From Sphaerodactylus townsendi (Eukaryota), in NCBI RefSeq assembly GCF_021028975.2, contig NC_059430.1, positions 109,058,001 to 109,122,000 on the forward strand: DNA of 64,000 bases, written 5' to 3'. The notes below the pieces were generated by a model. It saw only the letters and a list, made by a program, of their open reading frames with translations, made no database searches and had not been told where the DNA came from. This document shows, piece after piece, positions 1 through 14,392 of this stretch (positions are counted from its first letter, which is position 1; each line of letters starts with the position of its first letter). The translations under genes were made by a program, and so were the position numbers.

Positions 1-1471
1 GTATATTGTGTGTATTTTTATATAGATTTTATCTATTAGTTTTTAGTATGCCAATAAAGGCTAAGAAAGACTCGATCAAGGAAGCCATGCCCCCTCAGTT
101 TGCAAGATCTGAGCAAGGCTGTTTGCAGTAGGACATTTTGGAGGTCATTCGTTCATAGAGTCACCATAAGTTGAAAGAGACTTGATGGCACTTTAAAAAA
201 ACACACATTTAAAAAATAAAAGGACAGTGGGCCCGTCCCCGGGCTGTGAGGTCGCATGGCCTGCAACAGGGAAGGGCGGAGGGTGACATCAGGGGGCCGG
301 CACCTGGCGTCAGCCACTCGGGCCGCCACCTCGCTATTTAAGTCTGCGTCGGGCTGAGCAGGCCCTCTTCCGCCTGCCGCCGAGATCGTCCCACCCACCA
401 CTCCCTTTTTTCTGCTTGAAGGTGTACTAGGGTTCTAAATTTGTTTTTCTCTTGTCATAGCCATGTGGCGGTTTGCGCATGGGGGACTGATCTTGCCTGG
501 GGTAAGCTGCTTGCTAACCCCCTTTGGAACCTCCTTATGAGGTAGGGGTGGAGCAAGCCTGGGGTCTGGCAGCCCAGGCTTGGGCTGAGACCGCTTGCGC
601 CCCCCTCAGCAAATGGGGGATGCTTCAGAATGCGGCCCACCGCCCGTCTGGAATTTCCCCCTTTCATTGCTGTCCTCTTTTAACTCGGAGTGTTGAGTTT
701 TATTTTCCTCAAACAGCGGGCTTGAGGGAAGCGGTTTTTCGGACAGCCTGCTTGGCTGCCCAGCTCTCAGATCAGACCCCCATGCTGCGCCTAACGCTCA
801 TCTGTTCTCTCTTGTCAATAAATTCAAAGGCTATGGCCAGTTTTATTTTACCACAAATAAAGTGTCTGCATATTATTTTCACCCAGTGGGATGTTTCTGT
901 CCAGGTCAGCCTTTCCCTCCCTCCGGCGGCAAAAGGACACTTGTTTCACTAGGATTATGTTATTATTGTTTATATTATTCTCCTGCCCTTCCCAACTAAA
1001 GCTGGACTCAGGGTGGCTAACATTTTAGTATATTAGTTGATGTGTGGGTTGTAGCTCCCATCTACTTCAGTTGTATTTTTCCATATAAGGACCTACAGCT
1101 CAGTTTGCCATCTTTGTATACATTGAGATGGTTGTGCTAAAACACTGATTATCGAAGCCATTTCCTGCAGGGATTTTTCCCTTCATTTGTCTATCTACTA
1201 AAACAGCCTGGGCATATTTGCAAAGGGTTCTGGGAGTTCTTGAGGGCTGTGGTCTTCAGTCCATGGATCAGGAACCTCAAGTAGGTTGTAGAATCCCTCC
1301 TTCTGGGTGGCAAGCTCCTATAGTGCTCCATTTTGTTGCTGCTTTTTTAGAAAGACTTGCTGCAAGTCTGTATGTAAGGCAGCAAGAATTCCTCACTACC
1401 TACCTATTTTTGCACTTGTGCTGAGAGATCAGCAGGACAGCAAAGTGAGGTCACTTGGCTGGGGTGAGGGG

Positions 1472-1607
1472 CAGTGGTGGGATTCAGCGGGTTCGCACCA
1501 CTTTAGCAGAACCGGTTGTTAGAATGGTGCTTGTAAACAACAAGTTGTTAAATTATTTGAATCCCACCACCAGAACCGGTCGTTAAATTATTTGAATCCC
1601 ACCACTG
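1472..1607. mobile_element. hAT MITE
   Basis: 15-bp TIR CAGTGGTGGGATTCA; 8-bp TSD GTGAGGGG; internal duplication of the 3' end. Confidence 0.88.
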
Positions 1608-2136
1608 GTGAGGGGGGTGGGGAGATTGCCTTTAGCATTGGCAGATTCATGGTCTCGGCCTCCTCTTGTTTAGATCACAAGATTGTCACATCACTTTGTC
1701 ATGTGCTTGGCACTCAGTTGATACCAGACTGCTGCCTTGGGCTACAGGCCAGTCCCACGTCTGGAAAGGTTGGACTGTTTTTGGGTGCATGCTGATTGCA
1801 TGCAAGGCCTGGACTGACTGGGCGTCATTATTGCCTTGCATGAACTAAGCACCTAATGTAGAACATCCCCAATTCCTTCTTCTAACTGTATGTACAGAGG
1901 AAGATGTTGGGTGATTACACTGAGGAACCGCTCAGTAAGTTTCTGAGAGACCCTCGAACCAAACTGTTGAGAGAACAACATCTGAATCTTCACTGGTATG
2001 AACAGGATGCCCCTTGCAGCACCATTCTGGCTGTTTGTAACCCAACCAAAGTAGTTCTCAAGGGCAATGATTTGAGGCTGTCTCGGTTTCTCTGACACGT
2101 TTGCTGTTTTCCCCCTAATCGACCTTGGATTTTCAG

Positions 2137-5100
2137 GTTAGAAGGTGACAGTGAAGGGAAGTCTTCTGATCCCAACATCTCAACTCTTCGAATAAAGTCT
2201 GAGAATGGGGAGAAGACATACATCATCAAAATGCCTTTCACAGAGACCATTGGAGACCTGCGCCAGCACCTTGCCCAGAGCAGGTATGGATAGGGGCGTC
2301 CCAGTGGTTTTTGCAACTAGTGTTTGTCAGCGTGCGCTGAAAAAGGATCAACTCTTTGCTGACTTCTGATTCTAAGCTCCAGATTCAGAATTGGGTCTGT
2401 ATTTAGCATTAAGCAAAATTGGAAAGAAACTGCACCTTTGTTAAGTTTTTCCCAGTTTATGCAAGCTATAAAGTCTTGGGGTTTGGTGTTGCGAGTCTGT
2501 TCTGCTAGCAGAGAAGAAGAAGAATTTGGCTTTATACCTCCCCTTTCTGTCCTGTAAGGAGATTCAAGGGAGCTTACAAACTCCTTTCCCTTCCTCTTCC
2601 CACAACAGACACCTTGTGAGGCAGGTGGGGCTGAGAGAGCTCAGAGAGAACTGTGACTAGCCCAAGGTCACCCAGCAGACATGCATAGGAGGGGAGAAAC
2701 AACCAGTTGACAGGTTAAAGTCAGCTGTTCATGTGAGGAGTGGGGATTAGAGTCCACCTCTTCTTAAACACTACACCATGCTGGCTCTCAGTGGTAATTT
2801 CCCCTCATGCAGGACACTTTTCTGAGCACTTTGCATTACAGGCAATCCCCTTCAATCAGGAAAAGACTTCTGAAGTGGATCTGCAAGATCCTTTTTAGAT
2901 TTTGGGGAGGTGTGGAAGAGAATGTGTGTTTGCAAAATATTATGTCATACAGGAGTTGGGCTAAAATAAAGGTCCTAGTGGTTCTGAGATATAACCTAAA
3001 AGTTTAGAGAAGGACATGACATCCTGTGTTGTGTCTGAAATCCTAGGATTTGTGCGGAGTTGATTGACCTACCTAGCCAAGATGGATTTCACCTGCCCCA
3101 TCTCAGTGTTTTCCCTTCTCTCATGTATCCTCCCCCTTTTTAGTTTCTTCCTAGATTTCCTGACTGTATCTTAATCATCTATTTTGAACTTCGCTGATGG
3201 AATGAGGAAGAGGACTATTTGTCATATGCCCAAATTATAGCTCTTTCCCTCCCTCATACTGCCCAGGACCTTTTCATGTTTTCTTAGAACTGCAGTCAGC
3301 TGGGTACAAAACACTCAGGATCCACACGTGTTGAACAGCCCAGCTAGTTCCATGCTCCACAGTTGTGATACAGTGAGCTGGGAAGTAACCCGTCCCAGGG
3401 AATGTCCTGCAAAAGAGCTAACCCTGGTGGGCCATACAGAGGGAAACTGCCTGGTTCAGTTGCAGAAATACTGAAACTACTGCAGATAGACTCTTATGGC
3501 TTACCGCCAGCCACTGTAGGAAACCTTTTCATCTTCTCCTTCCATTTTCTGTTTAACGTTCCTTGGCATTCCTTTTGGTCTGGTGACTTCCTAAAGAATC
3601 ACGCAGGCTATAGATCTCTCTCTATCCATCCTTTCTCTTCGAAATCCAATAATGACATTTAGAGCTGGCCACAAACCAAACAGCTCTGCCCTCCTTCCAA
3701 TTTCAGCTAACTTCTGAATATTTAATTTCATGACTTCGATGCACAGTTGATAAGAATGGTTTTTCCCTGTCATAGCAGAAGATTTGGTAAATGCAAAATG
3801 AGCACTGTGTTAATAAGGGCTGGATTATTTTCAGTGTCGTGAATTTGTTTTTATGGTGTTACAATGATGTACATGGCCACTTTATTGAATGGGCATAGAT
3901 GCAACTTTCCCCCATGAAATTAAAAACAATAGAGATAATCAGTACAGCACTGGTCATGAAGCTCTGCGCTGGCAGTTTTACAACGGGAGAGATGTCATTG
4001 AGCTATAAGAGTACCATTAGGAAATTAATGGGGGAGACTTATGGCAGGTGTCCTCCCTCCCCAGCAATCCTGATTTTCTGGCAACTTCCTGAGTCACTAG
4101 CCCCTAAATCTATGATCTGAAAAACCCAGGTTCAAATCCCCACTCTACCTTTTCTTTAATGATACTTCTTATTTAGCCTACAGGCTTTCCGCAATGTCAC
4201 ACTAAATACAACCAAAAATAATTTAAATAACCAACTAATTACCATTCTTCGGGTACTTTAAATTTAATTGTGAGCAACAAATTTGACTGCCGCCAACATA
4301 ACTCCTAAATCCACATCTGCCAAGAGTTTCTTAACCGTATCTGATGTTAAGCCCCTCATTATGGCAGAGGACAGGAGGGATCCACAAATTTCTATTGCTG
4401 CAAAAGGTACCTTATTCCAATAACTCTGGAGTGTCTATCTGTCCAAAACCACAGTCACAAAGTCAGTGTATGGGGTCCTTTGCCCCTACACTATTTGAGA
4501 AGGGATGGAATTTAACTTTGCAAGCCTAAGTGCTCTCCTGTATTGAGGAACAGTTAAGACGCTATTTTGAGCATTCTTAAGATGGGCCCTCCAGGGCAAA
4601 TTGGAAGTGAACTCCTGAATAACAAAACTGAGTAATTGGTTTCTCATTAACTTTCCAACTATACTTCTTTAGGTAATTAGATTTTGAGCACACCATCACT
4701 TTGATTTCCCTTGGTTGATTGCCAACCTGTCTGTGTTACAATATTTTGAAAAGGCCTACAGCAGTCAATGGAGGCCCACAAGAGATCTAGCTAACAAAAA
4801 TGTATCATCCGTATATAATAACGCTGATAAGAAGGTGGAAGTCAACACTGAAAAGAGGAATTTTGGGTTTCCCAAAAAGGATACCATATCATTTATATAC
4901 AGATTAAACAGTAATGGACATAGCAGGCATCCTTTCCTTCTTTAAAGGAAAGAAACTGCATAAGTGGCCCCCAAACCCGAGCCAGAGGAGATTCATATAA
5001 CTTCTTTAATTGGTCAGTTGAAGATTTTCTTCATTTGTCCCCCAAACTATCTCTTGGGATTGAATCAAAAGTCACCTGGAGATCCATAAGAGCCATTTAT

Positions 5101-6705
5101 AAATTGCTTCCCAGAGCTGGTATAAATTTCCTGGCTGAGTGATACAAAACTAAGCAATGTTCTGTTGTAGACCTCCCAGTAACAAAGTCTGCTTGTTCAG
5201 GACCTAGAATCTTTTCAGAGATCGCCCAGTTCAATAATCTGTGCAATAGCAAAAGGGCATAGTGTTTTCCTAATGAAAACATGAGACTAATTGGACAGTA
5301 ATTAGGAATTATCTTTTATAGTTAAGCATTATAATTGCTTGTATCCACGCACTTGGAATTATACCAGTTTCATTTGTCACCTTAATTGTTGGAGCCAGAA
5401 CAGAGCTCCACCAATCTATGATCCCCAATTATCCCATGGAAGCTCGCTGAGTGATCTTGGCCCAGTCACCCACACTTCCATCCAACCTAAGTCACAGGGT
5501 TGTGGCGAGGATAAAATGGAGAATGTTGTAAACCGCTTCGGGCCTCACTGTAGGAAAATTCTCTTTTGCAAATGTTGACCTCAGATGTTTTCTAAAACAG
5601 GAGTGCTTGCCCGACCATCCCCCCAGGTATACCGACCATCCCCCCAGGTTGATATACAGCGTTAGATATTGTGTTACTTAATACTATGTATTACTCTTAT
5701 TTGATGCCACATTTCTTGATAGATAACAGTTGACTGTCTAGGCCAGGGGTCCCCAAACTACGGCCCAGGGGCCAAATGTGGCCCCCTGAAGGCATTTATC
5801 CGGCCCGCCAGGCATGGCGGCGATGGCTCCATTCATGTGCAGTGGGGGCTCGAGGAAGAGGAGGAACCGGCCCCAACGGCCGTTGATTGCAGTTACATGA
5901 TGTTCCCCCAAATCTCCATGAATTTTCTGATCCAGAGTTGGAAACCTTACATGTGGCAACGCCTGCTCCGCCCTTCCCTCTCGGCTACTCCATGTGTTGC
6001 TCTCAGGCTTTCTGTTCCGCCTCACTCCCATTGGCATCAGCCAGGCTGGCGAATCGCTCGCTGGCTGCTAGGGAGGAAGAACCCAGGAAGATACCTGATC
6101 CTGGGTTAGATGGAATGTGTCTTTGGGAAAGTTCTGCTTTTTTTTTTTTACAGGGGAAGGTATTCCACAGCCCCCCCAACAATATTTGGAGCCCACCCTG
6201 TACTTGACATACTTTGGTCACTGTTCTAAAAATAGACCATGACAGAAAGGCTGAAAGGTGAAATCAAACATTTCACAATCATTTGTGCATAGGAATTTGT
6301 TCATAGTTTTTTTTAGTCTGGCCCTCCAAAAGCCTGAGGGACAGTGAACTGGCCCCCTGTTTAAAAAGTTTGGGGACCCCTGGTCTAGGCAGTTTCATCC
6401 TTGGATGCCTGCTAAGATGCCTGTGGTAATATTTGAGTGTCAAGCAAAATTTCATTCTATATGTGTATTTATATGTTCAAAATCTGAATGACAAACTACT
6501 CTTTTCTGTACTCATTTCACAAGGCCTATTCTGGGTTTCTTCTAGGGGAGGAGACCTGGAGTCATATGAAATCCTCAGTGTTTTCCCCCAGCAGATGTAC
6601 AACGACAACTCTATGACCCTGGAAGAGTGTGGGTTGGTCCCCAATGCCTCCCTTCTTCTGAGGAGGAAGGCCTCCCCAACTAAATCCCAAGGGCAGCAGA
6701 TGTAA
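2137..6705 (+). CDS. UBXN11: UBX domain-containing protein 11, last two coding exons (gene starts upstream of window)
   Basis: Exons 2137-2283 (tttcag|G..AG|gtatgg; LEGDSEGKSSDPNISTLRIKSENGEKTYIIKMPFTETIGDLRQHLAQS) and 6546-6705 (RGGDLESYEILSVFPQQMYNDNSMTLEECGLVPNASLLLRRK..QM*). They join in phase 2 and form the UBX domain (human LRIKSENGEQ...FPP...GLVPKAALLLR). Convergent with SH3BGRL3 as in human. Confidence 0.93.
2512..2790 (-). mobile_element. tRNA-derived SINE (Squam3-like)
   Basis: Reverse-complement copy of the family at 26359-26652. Confidence 0.75.
4170..5380 (-). mobile_element. Degenerate non-LTR retrotransposon RT fragment (RTE/RTE-X-like)
   Basis: YCPISLM.SLGKHYA..LLNWAISEKILGPEQADFVTGRSTTEHCLVL resembles the RT YRPISL..EQAGFR.GRST motif; disrupted. 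Confidence 0.6.
5744..6382. mobile_element. hAT (Charlie-like) non-autonomous transposon
   Basis: TIR CAGGGGTCCCCAAACT; 8-bp TSD GTCTAGGC (5736-5743, 6383-6390). Confidence 0.9.
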
Positions 6706-8174
6706 TGGTTTGCAGCGGATGATTCATCAGGTGTGGCTACTTCATTCGTCAAGGAATTAATGTGCCTCATTCTCCTTCCCTGGATAGCCTCTGCACTCTT
6801 GGCAAGAAGGCTGTTACTTATGGTCAGAGGAAGCCATGATAGGACTGCTGTGTAGCTTACCTAAGAGCCAGTTTTCCTTTACAGAGCAATGTAGGGTGCA
6901 CAGATGCTTTCTTCCATTGCATTACTTTATACCCTACCTTAATAAGCCAAGCATTGTTGCCCCCAATGCAGTGGAAGCTGCCCTGAGTGCCTTTTCCTGT
7001 TACAGCCAGCTGGGGGTGCCCTAGATCCAGATATAAGCCAAAGCTGTGCTCAGTTGGGCCAAGAGGTACAACTGGCTGCGTTCGGCATCATTGCTGAAAT
7101 TCTAAGCCCACTGTCTTATAAAGGGCTTGTACAATATAATGGCTTCCAAGGTTATGTGCAGCTGAAGAAGCCAGTGCATAATAGCTTCCTAGTATATTGT
7201 GGCTTGTTCAGGGTTGGGGCACAGGTACTGTTTAATGTACCTGTGGAAGGCTAAGCAGAAGAAGACATGGAAACCTGGCCAACCATTTGTCCTTCTTGGA
7301 CATGATGTGCCAGGAGGGACAAGCTGGACACTCAGAACAGAGGCTACTTCTCCTTTACAAGAAATGCGCCCATCAGTGGGTTCTAAGTCCTCTTACTTTG
7401 CTCAGCTGAAGACTGTAACTAAGTTCAACCTCATTAATTTGACTTAGTACTGACTTGTTCTCTTCTTACATGGTCAAGGCCTTCGATCATCCCATTCAAC
7501 TTCCCATCCCCAGGCAGATGTTCACTTAACATTCACCTGACCCATGGTAAACTGACTGCTTCTTTTTCAGGGCGAAAAGGAAGACCAAACCAGTTTTCTT
7601 TGCAGGGCTAACTTTTCTCTGCAATGCCCCACTATCTTGGGGAGAGCAACCATAGCATCCAGTTGCTGACCCATCTTCTCCCTTTTAGACAAAGGCCAAT
7701 ATTAGATGGACACCCCTGCTGGGTCTTTGTAGCAGGTCAGCTGCTGCGGGCCATAAGTTGCTTGTTTATTTATAGACTTTACACCTTTTGTACTGCTGGC
7801 AAATGGAGACTGTATATCTGGATATTCCCTTCCATGTAGAAACGTTGAAAAATGTTTTCTTTAAGAACAGAGTGTTCTGCCTAGAGTGACATTTAACACT
7901 GTTTGGGCTTAGTCTTCTTCTTGCTTCACTTACTAGTCAAGAGGCAGGGCACTGTTGACAGAAATGACTCATATGCAAGTGTGTGCCCCCCCATCCCTTT
8001 AAATTGTATTATTCCTGAACACAGATGTAAGTTTGTTCTCTATGCCATGTCATTGAATGCCTCAGCAATAAGTGTGTCATCAGTGTCAGGCAGCCTAAAA
8101 GACATTCAAAGAATCCTCATATGCCAATGTTAGACCCATTCCCTTTGTGTAACGCAGGTCCTTGAACCAGCAAG

Positions 8175-8520
8175 ATAAGAACATAAGAGCCTGCTGGATC
8201 AGACCAGAGTCAATCTAGTCAAGCACTCTGCTGCTAACAGTGGCCAACCAGATGCCTTTGAGAGTTCAAATGCAGGATGTGAAAGCAATGGCCTTCTGCA
8301 GCTGCAGCTGCTCCTGAGCACCTGGTCTGCTAAGGCATTTGCAATCTCGGATCAAGATTGGCAGCCATAGATGGACTTCTCCTCCATCAATCTATCCAAG
8401 CCCCTTTTAAAGCTATCTAGGTTAGTGGCCATCACCACCTCCTGTGGCAGCATATTCCAAACACCAATCACGCGTTGTGTGAAGAAATGTTTCCTTTTAT
8501 TAGTCCCAATTCTTCCCCAC
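8175..8520 (-). mobile_element. CR1 LINE 3' end
   Basis: ORF2 C-terminus RKHFFTQRVIGVWNMLPQEVVMATNLDSFKRGLDRLME followed by CR1 3' UTR and TTCTTAT-type tail. Confidence 0.88.
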
Positions 8521-10074
8521 AAGATTTGCCACACAACTACATTCCCCACCTGCAATAACTCTTCTGCTTCTTGTATTTATACATCAGGAACTTCCTCCTG
8601 TGCAGTTCTAGCACCTTAGAGAAGCCAAGGTCCCCTCTTCCTGACTGCTAACAAATGTTTAACTTCTTACCTTTAGAATGGTTCTTGCCTTTCTTATGGT
8701 AAGCTCATGGATTGACTTAGAGCAACCTAATGTTCTTGCATGAAATACCTCTGTCCATCTGTGTGGCCTTCTAACTCTAGAAAACCCATCAAGATGTTGA
8801 GGCAACAAAGCAATTTTGACTTTCAAGCAAAGATTAAACAAATCTCACACCCCTTTCACTCAACCATGCCTCTAGTAAAGCAGTCAGGGCTTTTCAGTTA
8901 AGGTTTTTAAACTGGACTACTTGCCTTGTTTTGGGTGGCAGCTAATGCTTCCATCTTCATTGGTTTAGCTGCTGCCCTGTATCTTTCCTGCTACTTGCAC
9001 AAACTCCTATTTGAGAAATACGAACGCATTTAAGACAGCTGTGCCAGACCTTTTCTGGCTCTTGAGGAAATGCATCTTTTTTCTGCTGAGCCAAAGCAAA
9101 GAATACACTTAAGCCTACCCGACAGAGTTGGGAAATGGATTTTGGAATCAATAAGAAGGGTGCCACTCAACTTTTCTCTCCCAAGTAAACCCTTTTTTAA
9201 AAACCACAGGAAGCCACAGCAGAGGTTTTTTTAGCAACATTTAATAGCACCTCAGAAGAGAGTGCTTTTTTTTTTACAAACTTTGCTTTTAGCAGGAAAC
9301 AAAAACATCAAAAACAAAAACCAAAAATGCACTTGGTCCGTGTTTGCAAAACACCCACTCCCAAGAGGAAAGAATCAGTTTGGACGCAACAGCTACTGGC
9401 AGGTCAGACCCCAGAATGCTATGGATGCTATCAGGGCCATTGTGTGACTGCCCCAAATGGAATCTGAGGTCTACTCTCACCATTGGCTTAACACTGCTTT
9501 CCTTAAGAGAGGTCTGGGCTATGCGGAAGTAGTTTTAAGACATACACAACCCCTATTCCTCTGACCCAGAAGGATGTTTCAGACCACAACCTGGTGCAGC
9601 GCTTTTGCATTACTGTACAACAGAACAGCAGGCTTTTTTGCCACCCTTGTTTCCTGCAGCAGAACCAAAGAGGACATGAGAAAATGAGCATTGCACTTTG
9701 GAGGCAACACCCAAGCCCACCTTCAGCTTTTATTACAAAATGGGAGAAAGCTCTGATTTCCAATGTCCTTGGACTGGGCAGATTTCTCTATCCAGAGAGG
9801 CACTAGAAACAAGGCCCAGCTGCATACGAGGGAATGTGCACAGTGTCTTTTGGTGGATTCCCTTTCACGGCCATACTGAGTGAAGCAGGCAACAGAAGTC
9901 AGGCAGTTGGAGGGGGGGGAGCGGTTTGGTTGCACAGGGCTGGAATGGATTTGATGCTGATATACAAGGTTAGGTGGTGATCAGTCTGGAATGCAAAGTT
10001 CACGTTTTTTTGGGGGGGGGGGAAGAGAAAGGGGCTGGGGTGGGAGAAGAAAAGGAACACACTCCGGCTAATGC

Positions 10075-12550
10075 TCAGGCTAACTTCAGGAACTCCTGCA
10101 GGGTGTTCTGTTCCACCGCTTCCACAAACAACTCGTAGTCCTGCCAGGTGGGAGAAACAAAAAGGCAAAACTCAAAATTCAAGGACAAGAGGGGGAAAAG
10201 CAAGGGGCTGATTCCCGAGGATCTTATCCACCAGTTAAAACACTTTCCTCCAGCCCAGTTTGCACTTATGCCAGACATGCATCTCCCGTTGGGGACAGTC
10301 CCTTTCTACTGGAGAAAAGTACTAATGCTAGTAGAATAGACACACCAGGCCCAAACCCTGTGGACTAACACACTAGTGTGATAGCTCCAGGCTGTGAGGT
10401 ACTGAGTGAGTTTTTACACCCCAGCAGAGGACTTCTCTGGAGCAGGGGCACTCTTCAAATAACTTCTATCCCCATTTTCATTTCTCTAGTCTCCTACTAT
10501 CATGGTGTTCAGCAGAACCAGCCAGTGAAAGAACAAGGGCCCTGATGGATTATGGGCCCTTCTGTGCCACTTCATTTTAGAATAAATGGGGGCGTGAACA
10601 GTGGCATCGCCTCCTGTATGCAGAAGCAGACAGGGTTTCAAACTCTTCACAAAGAGAACCAGGAAGGATGTGTTAGTCAAAGGCAAAGATTGTGGAATCG
10701 AGATAAGTCTGCTAGACTGGATCCAAAGGTTTTGCCTCCTGGCTGGCAGAAATGCACCGTTTTCTGGAAGTGGCACAAAACAATGCTGACAGCTGCACCT
10801 CCTGTCTCCCCTTTGACTGTGACCCCCACCCCCCAGCCACTGTGCTCATCTGCCTTGTTCAATACATCCCAACCCTCTGCTCTACTAGCTCTGGAACGCT
10901 CTGCAATAAGCAGCCCTGGGCAGAAGGTTAGAAAGGGAGTGAATGGTCTCCCTTCTATATCTCTAATGACTCCCTTGATTTTTAGTGGGAGGGATGACCA
11001 TAGCTTTCAAGGGGCAGCCTTCAATTACTGATATGTTTTTGGAAGTAGACAACACTTATTCAGCACCTGACACACAAACTCCAAAAAAAAAAAAAAACCA
11101 TTTCAACGTCCTGCAAACAGAACCTCAAAGCCAAATTTCACTCAGCGTGCAGTGCTCTTAAAAACACTCACACAGACCATACAGGTATATATGGGTGCCA
11201 TCTTAATTTTGTGCAGATGGTTGTTTATTAGGGGCTGTTTTATGCAGGTAAGTATTATACACACTGTAGGCTGTAAAAACAAGCCTCACCTGCCCCAACC
11301 TTAAGTATGAAGTAAAGTCTATAAAGCTGGGCTTACAGAGGAAAGTTTACAGCAATCAATTTGTGCGGAGAGAATTGACTTGTGCAGATAGCTATACACA
11401 GAGGGGCTTGGTTTACACTGAAGCTTTAATGATACTTTTGCACCTTCATACATATGACAGGCATGCTGGGTCCATGAGTGAAGGTCCTCATAAATCTGCA
11501 AGCCTCCAAAGTAGATCAAGCATCAGAACTGCCCTGTATGCAAAAGCAAATTCTTTTGGCAAACTAAATTGGTTACATCCACCATGAAGTACAAATCAGG
11601 CTTGTCTTTCACCCATGACTCCAAGTGGCCGGTTGCCTTCCACTCACCCCACAGTACTGGTCCCCATTGAAAATCTGAGGAGGAATGGCTTTTGGGTTGC
11701 CCGATTTGGCCCTCATTTCTTCCCGCAAGGCGTTATCCTGGGAAATGTCCACCAGATTGTACTTGATGTTCTTTCCGTCCAGAATCCTGGTCACTTCACT
11801 CTGTTGGGATTTGATCTGCAAAACACACCCCCACAAAAGGAGAGGAGTCGGTTTCCCATATGGGCTTCCGCCTGCACAGCGGAGGTACAGAACACGACAG
11901 CAAAACAAAAGAGCCAGAAACAGGAGTGGCTAATTTCATAGCCACACCTTGTTGGGGATCCTGACACATAGACCTAGCCCAAGAGACACACCTGCCTATG
12001 GCAGACAGGGGAATTCTCGACTTCCATGCAAGGCCCACACCAAGGAATAAAAGTGGATCGGAATCGAATCCGGGAATGAGTGGGTGGGGGAAAGGAGGAT
12101 CTACTCTTGAGGGGGAAGGAACTGTGGGCCTCTTCCTCCGCTTCCCCTGCACAGGGCTGGATTCTTTCCAGTTCAGATTCCGATCCGATTTCTCGGGTGT
12201 CAGATCTAGAGATCTGGGAGAGAAAGCAGAAAAGGTGGTCCCGTCCAGAGAGAACTCCATCCACGCACACGCCCCTTAGAAAGACGAGACGGCACATCTG
12301 GAGCCAAGAGGCGGGGATGCGAAAACACAGCTGGAAGCGGGCAAAAGGAGCCCAGGCAAGCCAGCTCCGGGGAACAAAACAGACACCAATGAAAGGGGCT
12401 TTGCAGAAGGGAGGCGGGAAGCCCCGCGGCGGCGTCGCAAAGGAGTTTGGTTGGGGGAGAGGAGGGGGAGGCCGGAGAGGGAAGGGGCCGGACGCCGCTT
12501 ACCTCCCGAGAGCCGGTTACCGAGGTGCTGTAGACGGTTAGGCAAGCCAT
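10075..12550 (-). CDS. SH3BGRL3: SH3 domain-binding glutamic acid-rich-like protein 3 (93 aa, 3 exons)
   Basis: Exons 12503-12550 (MACLTVYSTSVTGSRE), 11648-11815 (IKSQQSEVTRILDGKNIKYNLVDISQDNALREEMRAKSGNPKAIPPQIFNGDQYCG) and 10075-10140 (DYELFVEAVEQNTLQEFLKLA*). All GT-AG, total 93 aa. Candidate ATTAAA polyA signal at 9240-9245. Confidence 0.97.
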
Positions 12551-13000
12551 GGCGCGGTGCTGGTAGCTGTTCCCTCTCTCCTCCTTTGGCCGCTGGATGT
12601 GTGAGATGGGAGGGGAGGGCAAGGCAAGAAGGAAAGGGGCGGCAGGGAGGGAGGGAGGGAGGGGGCGGCTTCCTTCCCGCCTCGCATGTGATCGCAGAGA
12701 CCAATGGAGCCGGCGGCCGTGGGCATGCGGGGCAGGAGGCGGGAGCCGGCGGCCTTGGCGACCACGGAGCCGGCCAGCGCAGTCCTCGGAGGCCTTTCCC
12801 GCTTGCAGGCTGCGCCCGTGCGGGTTTACTCGGAAGTAAGCCTTCGTCAGGTCAGTGGGCTTCCAAATTGGCGAGGCCGGGATCGCAGCCTTAATTTTTG
12901 AGATTGCTTCCGCACATGTTCCGTCGAGCGACTTCTCGTGGATCAAGCTGCCTTCGCTCCCTGCCCTTCCTTTCCATTTAGGGCGGCCAGCTGGAGAAAA
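12340..13000 (-). promoter_or_regulatory. CpG island / promoter of SH3BGRL3
   Basis: GC- and CpG-rich stretch around the first exon, with GC boxes and a CCAAT at about 12701. Confidence 0.65.
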
Positions 13001-14392
13001 GCGTCCTGTCCCTTTAACAGGGTGCAAATAGGCAGCTTCAGCTTCTCATTGTGTGACGGTAAATAATATCCCATTGAGACTCTGTTAAAGGGACAGGATG
13101 TTTTCTCCAGGCTGTTGGCAGTCCTTCATTAGACGCGAGTTCTTCCTGAAAACTCACCAAGGACTTGACATCATAGACTCTGCCAAAATCTGCTCGCTCC
13201 TGAGGATGCCACAACCCGAAAAGAGAGTCCAAGGCTCACCCTAGCAAAATTCTCTGACAGCCAAGCATGTTTTCTTATTTTTATGTCTTTAAGGGTGCAT
13301 TTTTTAGAGGCTGGTTTTAATGGATTTAAAACGGGGTTTATTTAGGTTTTAATTTGTTAGCCACTATAGGATATAAATTTAGTAAAATTAAATAAACTTG
13401 ATGCACAGCGGCCTAAATGAACACCGACAATGGTGCCAGCATCCATGACTTTCCTGCAAATACACACACTCCAACTCACTGACTTCTTTGCTTGTGCAAA
13501 ATGTTTAGCCCAGAATCTAAATTTCTATCTTTAAAATCTTAGTCTACACTAGCTTTCTGCCCCATTTTTCCTGGTGGTTCCCAACCTGGGGTATGTGAAA
13601 AAAAAATATCTATTTGCTAATATGGGGATACAATTTTAGGGAAATGGGCTGCCAAGGCTTACGTGAGTGAAAAAGAGGTTGGGAACCACTGCTCCAAAGA
13701 GCTCTGGACAGCATGCACAATTCACCCCTTCCCTTTTTAATCCCTAAAACTACCTTGTGGGATAGGTGAAGATGAGAGAAACTGGCTGGTAGGTTGAGCA
13801 AGAATATGAGCATAGTTCCCCAGCACCATCAGATTCATATAACCAGCTCTAAAACTTGGCTTTTCTGATGCCTAATAAATGAAAAACACTCCCCCCCACC
13901 ATTTACCAAGGGCACACTTTAAACAAAACCTCACTGCTGTTTTCCAAGAACAGGCCAGGAGCCTTCACAGCTTCCCCTTAAACCACCGCTGAGCCACTTT
14001 CCACACACTAAAAGCTTAAGACACACAGCAGGTGAAATGGAACAGAGTTTTACTGAGAACACAACACTGTGCAGGTACTTGGACCACATCTTTCATCCAA
14101 GGAGAACAGCTCAGACCCAGGTCTACCTTGTGCACTGAGCAGGGATTTTAACTCGGCTCCCCGGCACATCCTGGAGTAGAAATACTACCAGGGCCACCAA
14201 CACACACAACTATCCATACATGCATACACAGAGAACTGCAAAAATCAACTCACCCCTTCTGTTCCCTTCATGCTGTCTCTCCTGGCATGTTCTTGTATCT
14301 TATTCATCTCCTGCCAAAAGCAACCCAGCTTCTTAAAAAGTCAGAATGCTTCTAGCTTGTATGTTTTGAGTGATAATGGTGTATCATTTTGG

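Noticed and set aside
1904-2095. 63-aa ORF as an extra UBXN11 exon
   Set aside because: No recognisable UBXN11 similarity and it ends in a stop just before the true acceptor at 2136.
12206-13027. 273-aa ORF spanning SH3BGRL3 exon 1
   Set aside because: Only 12503-12550 is real coding sequence; the rest is CpG island and intron read-through.
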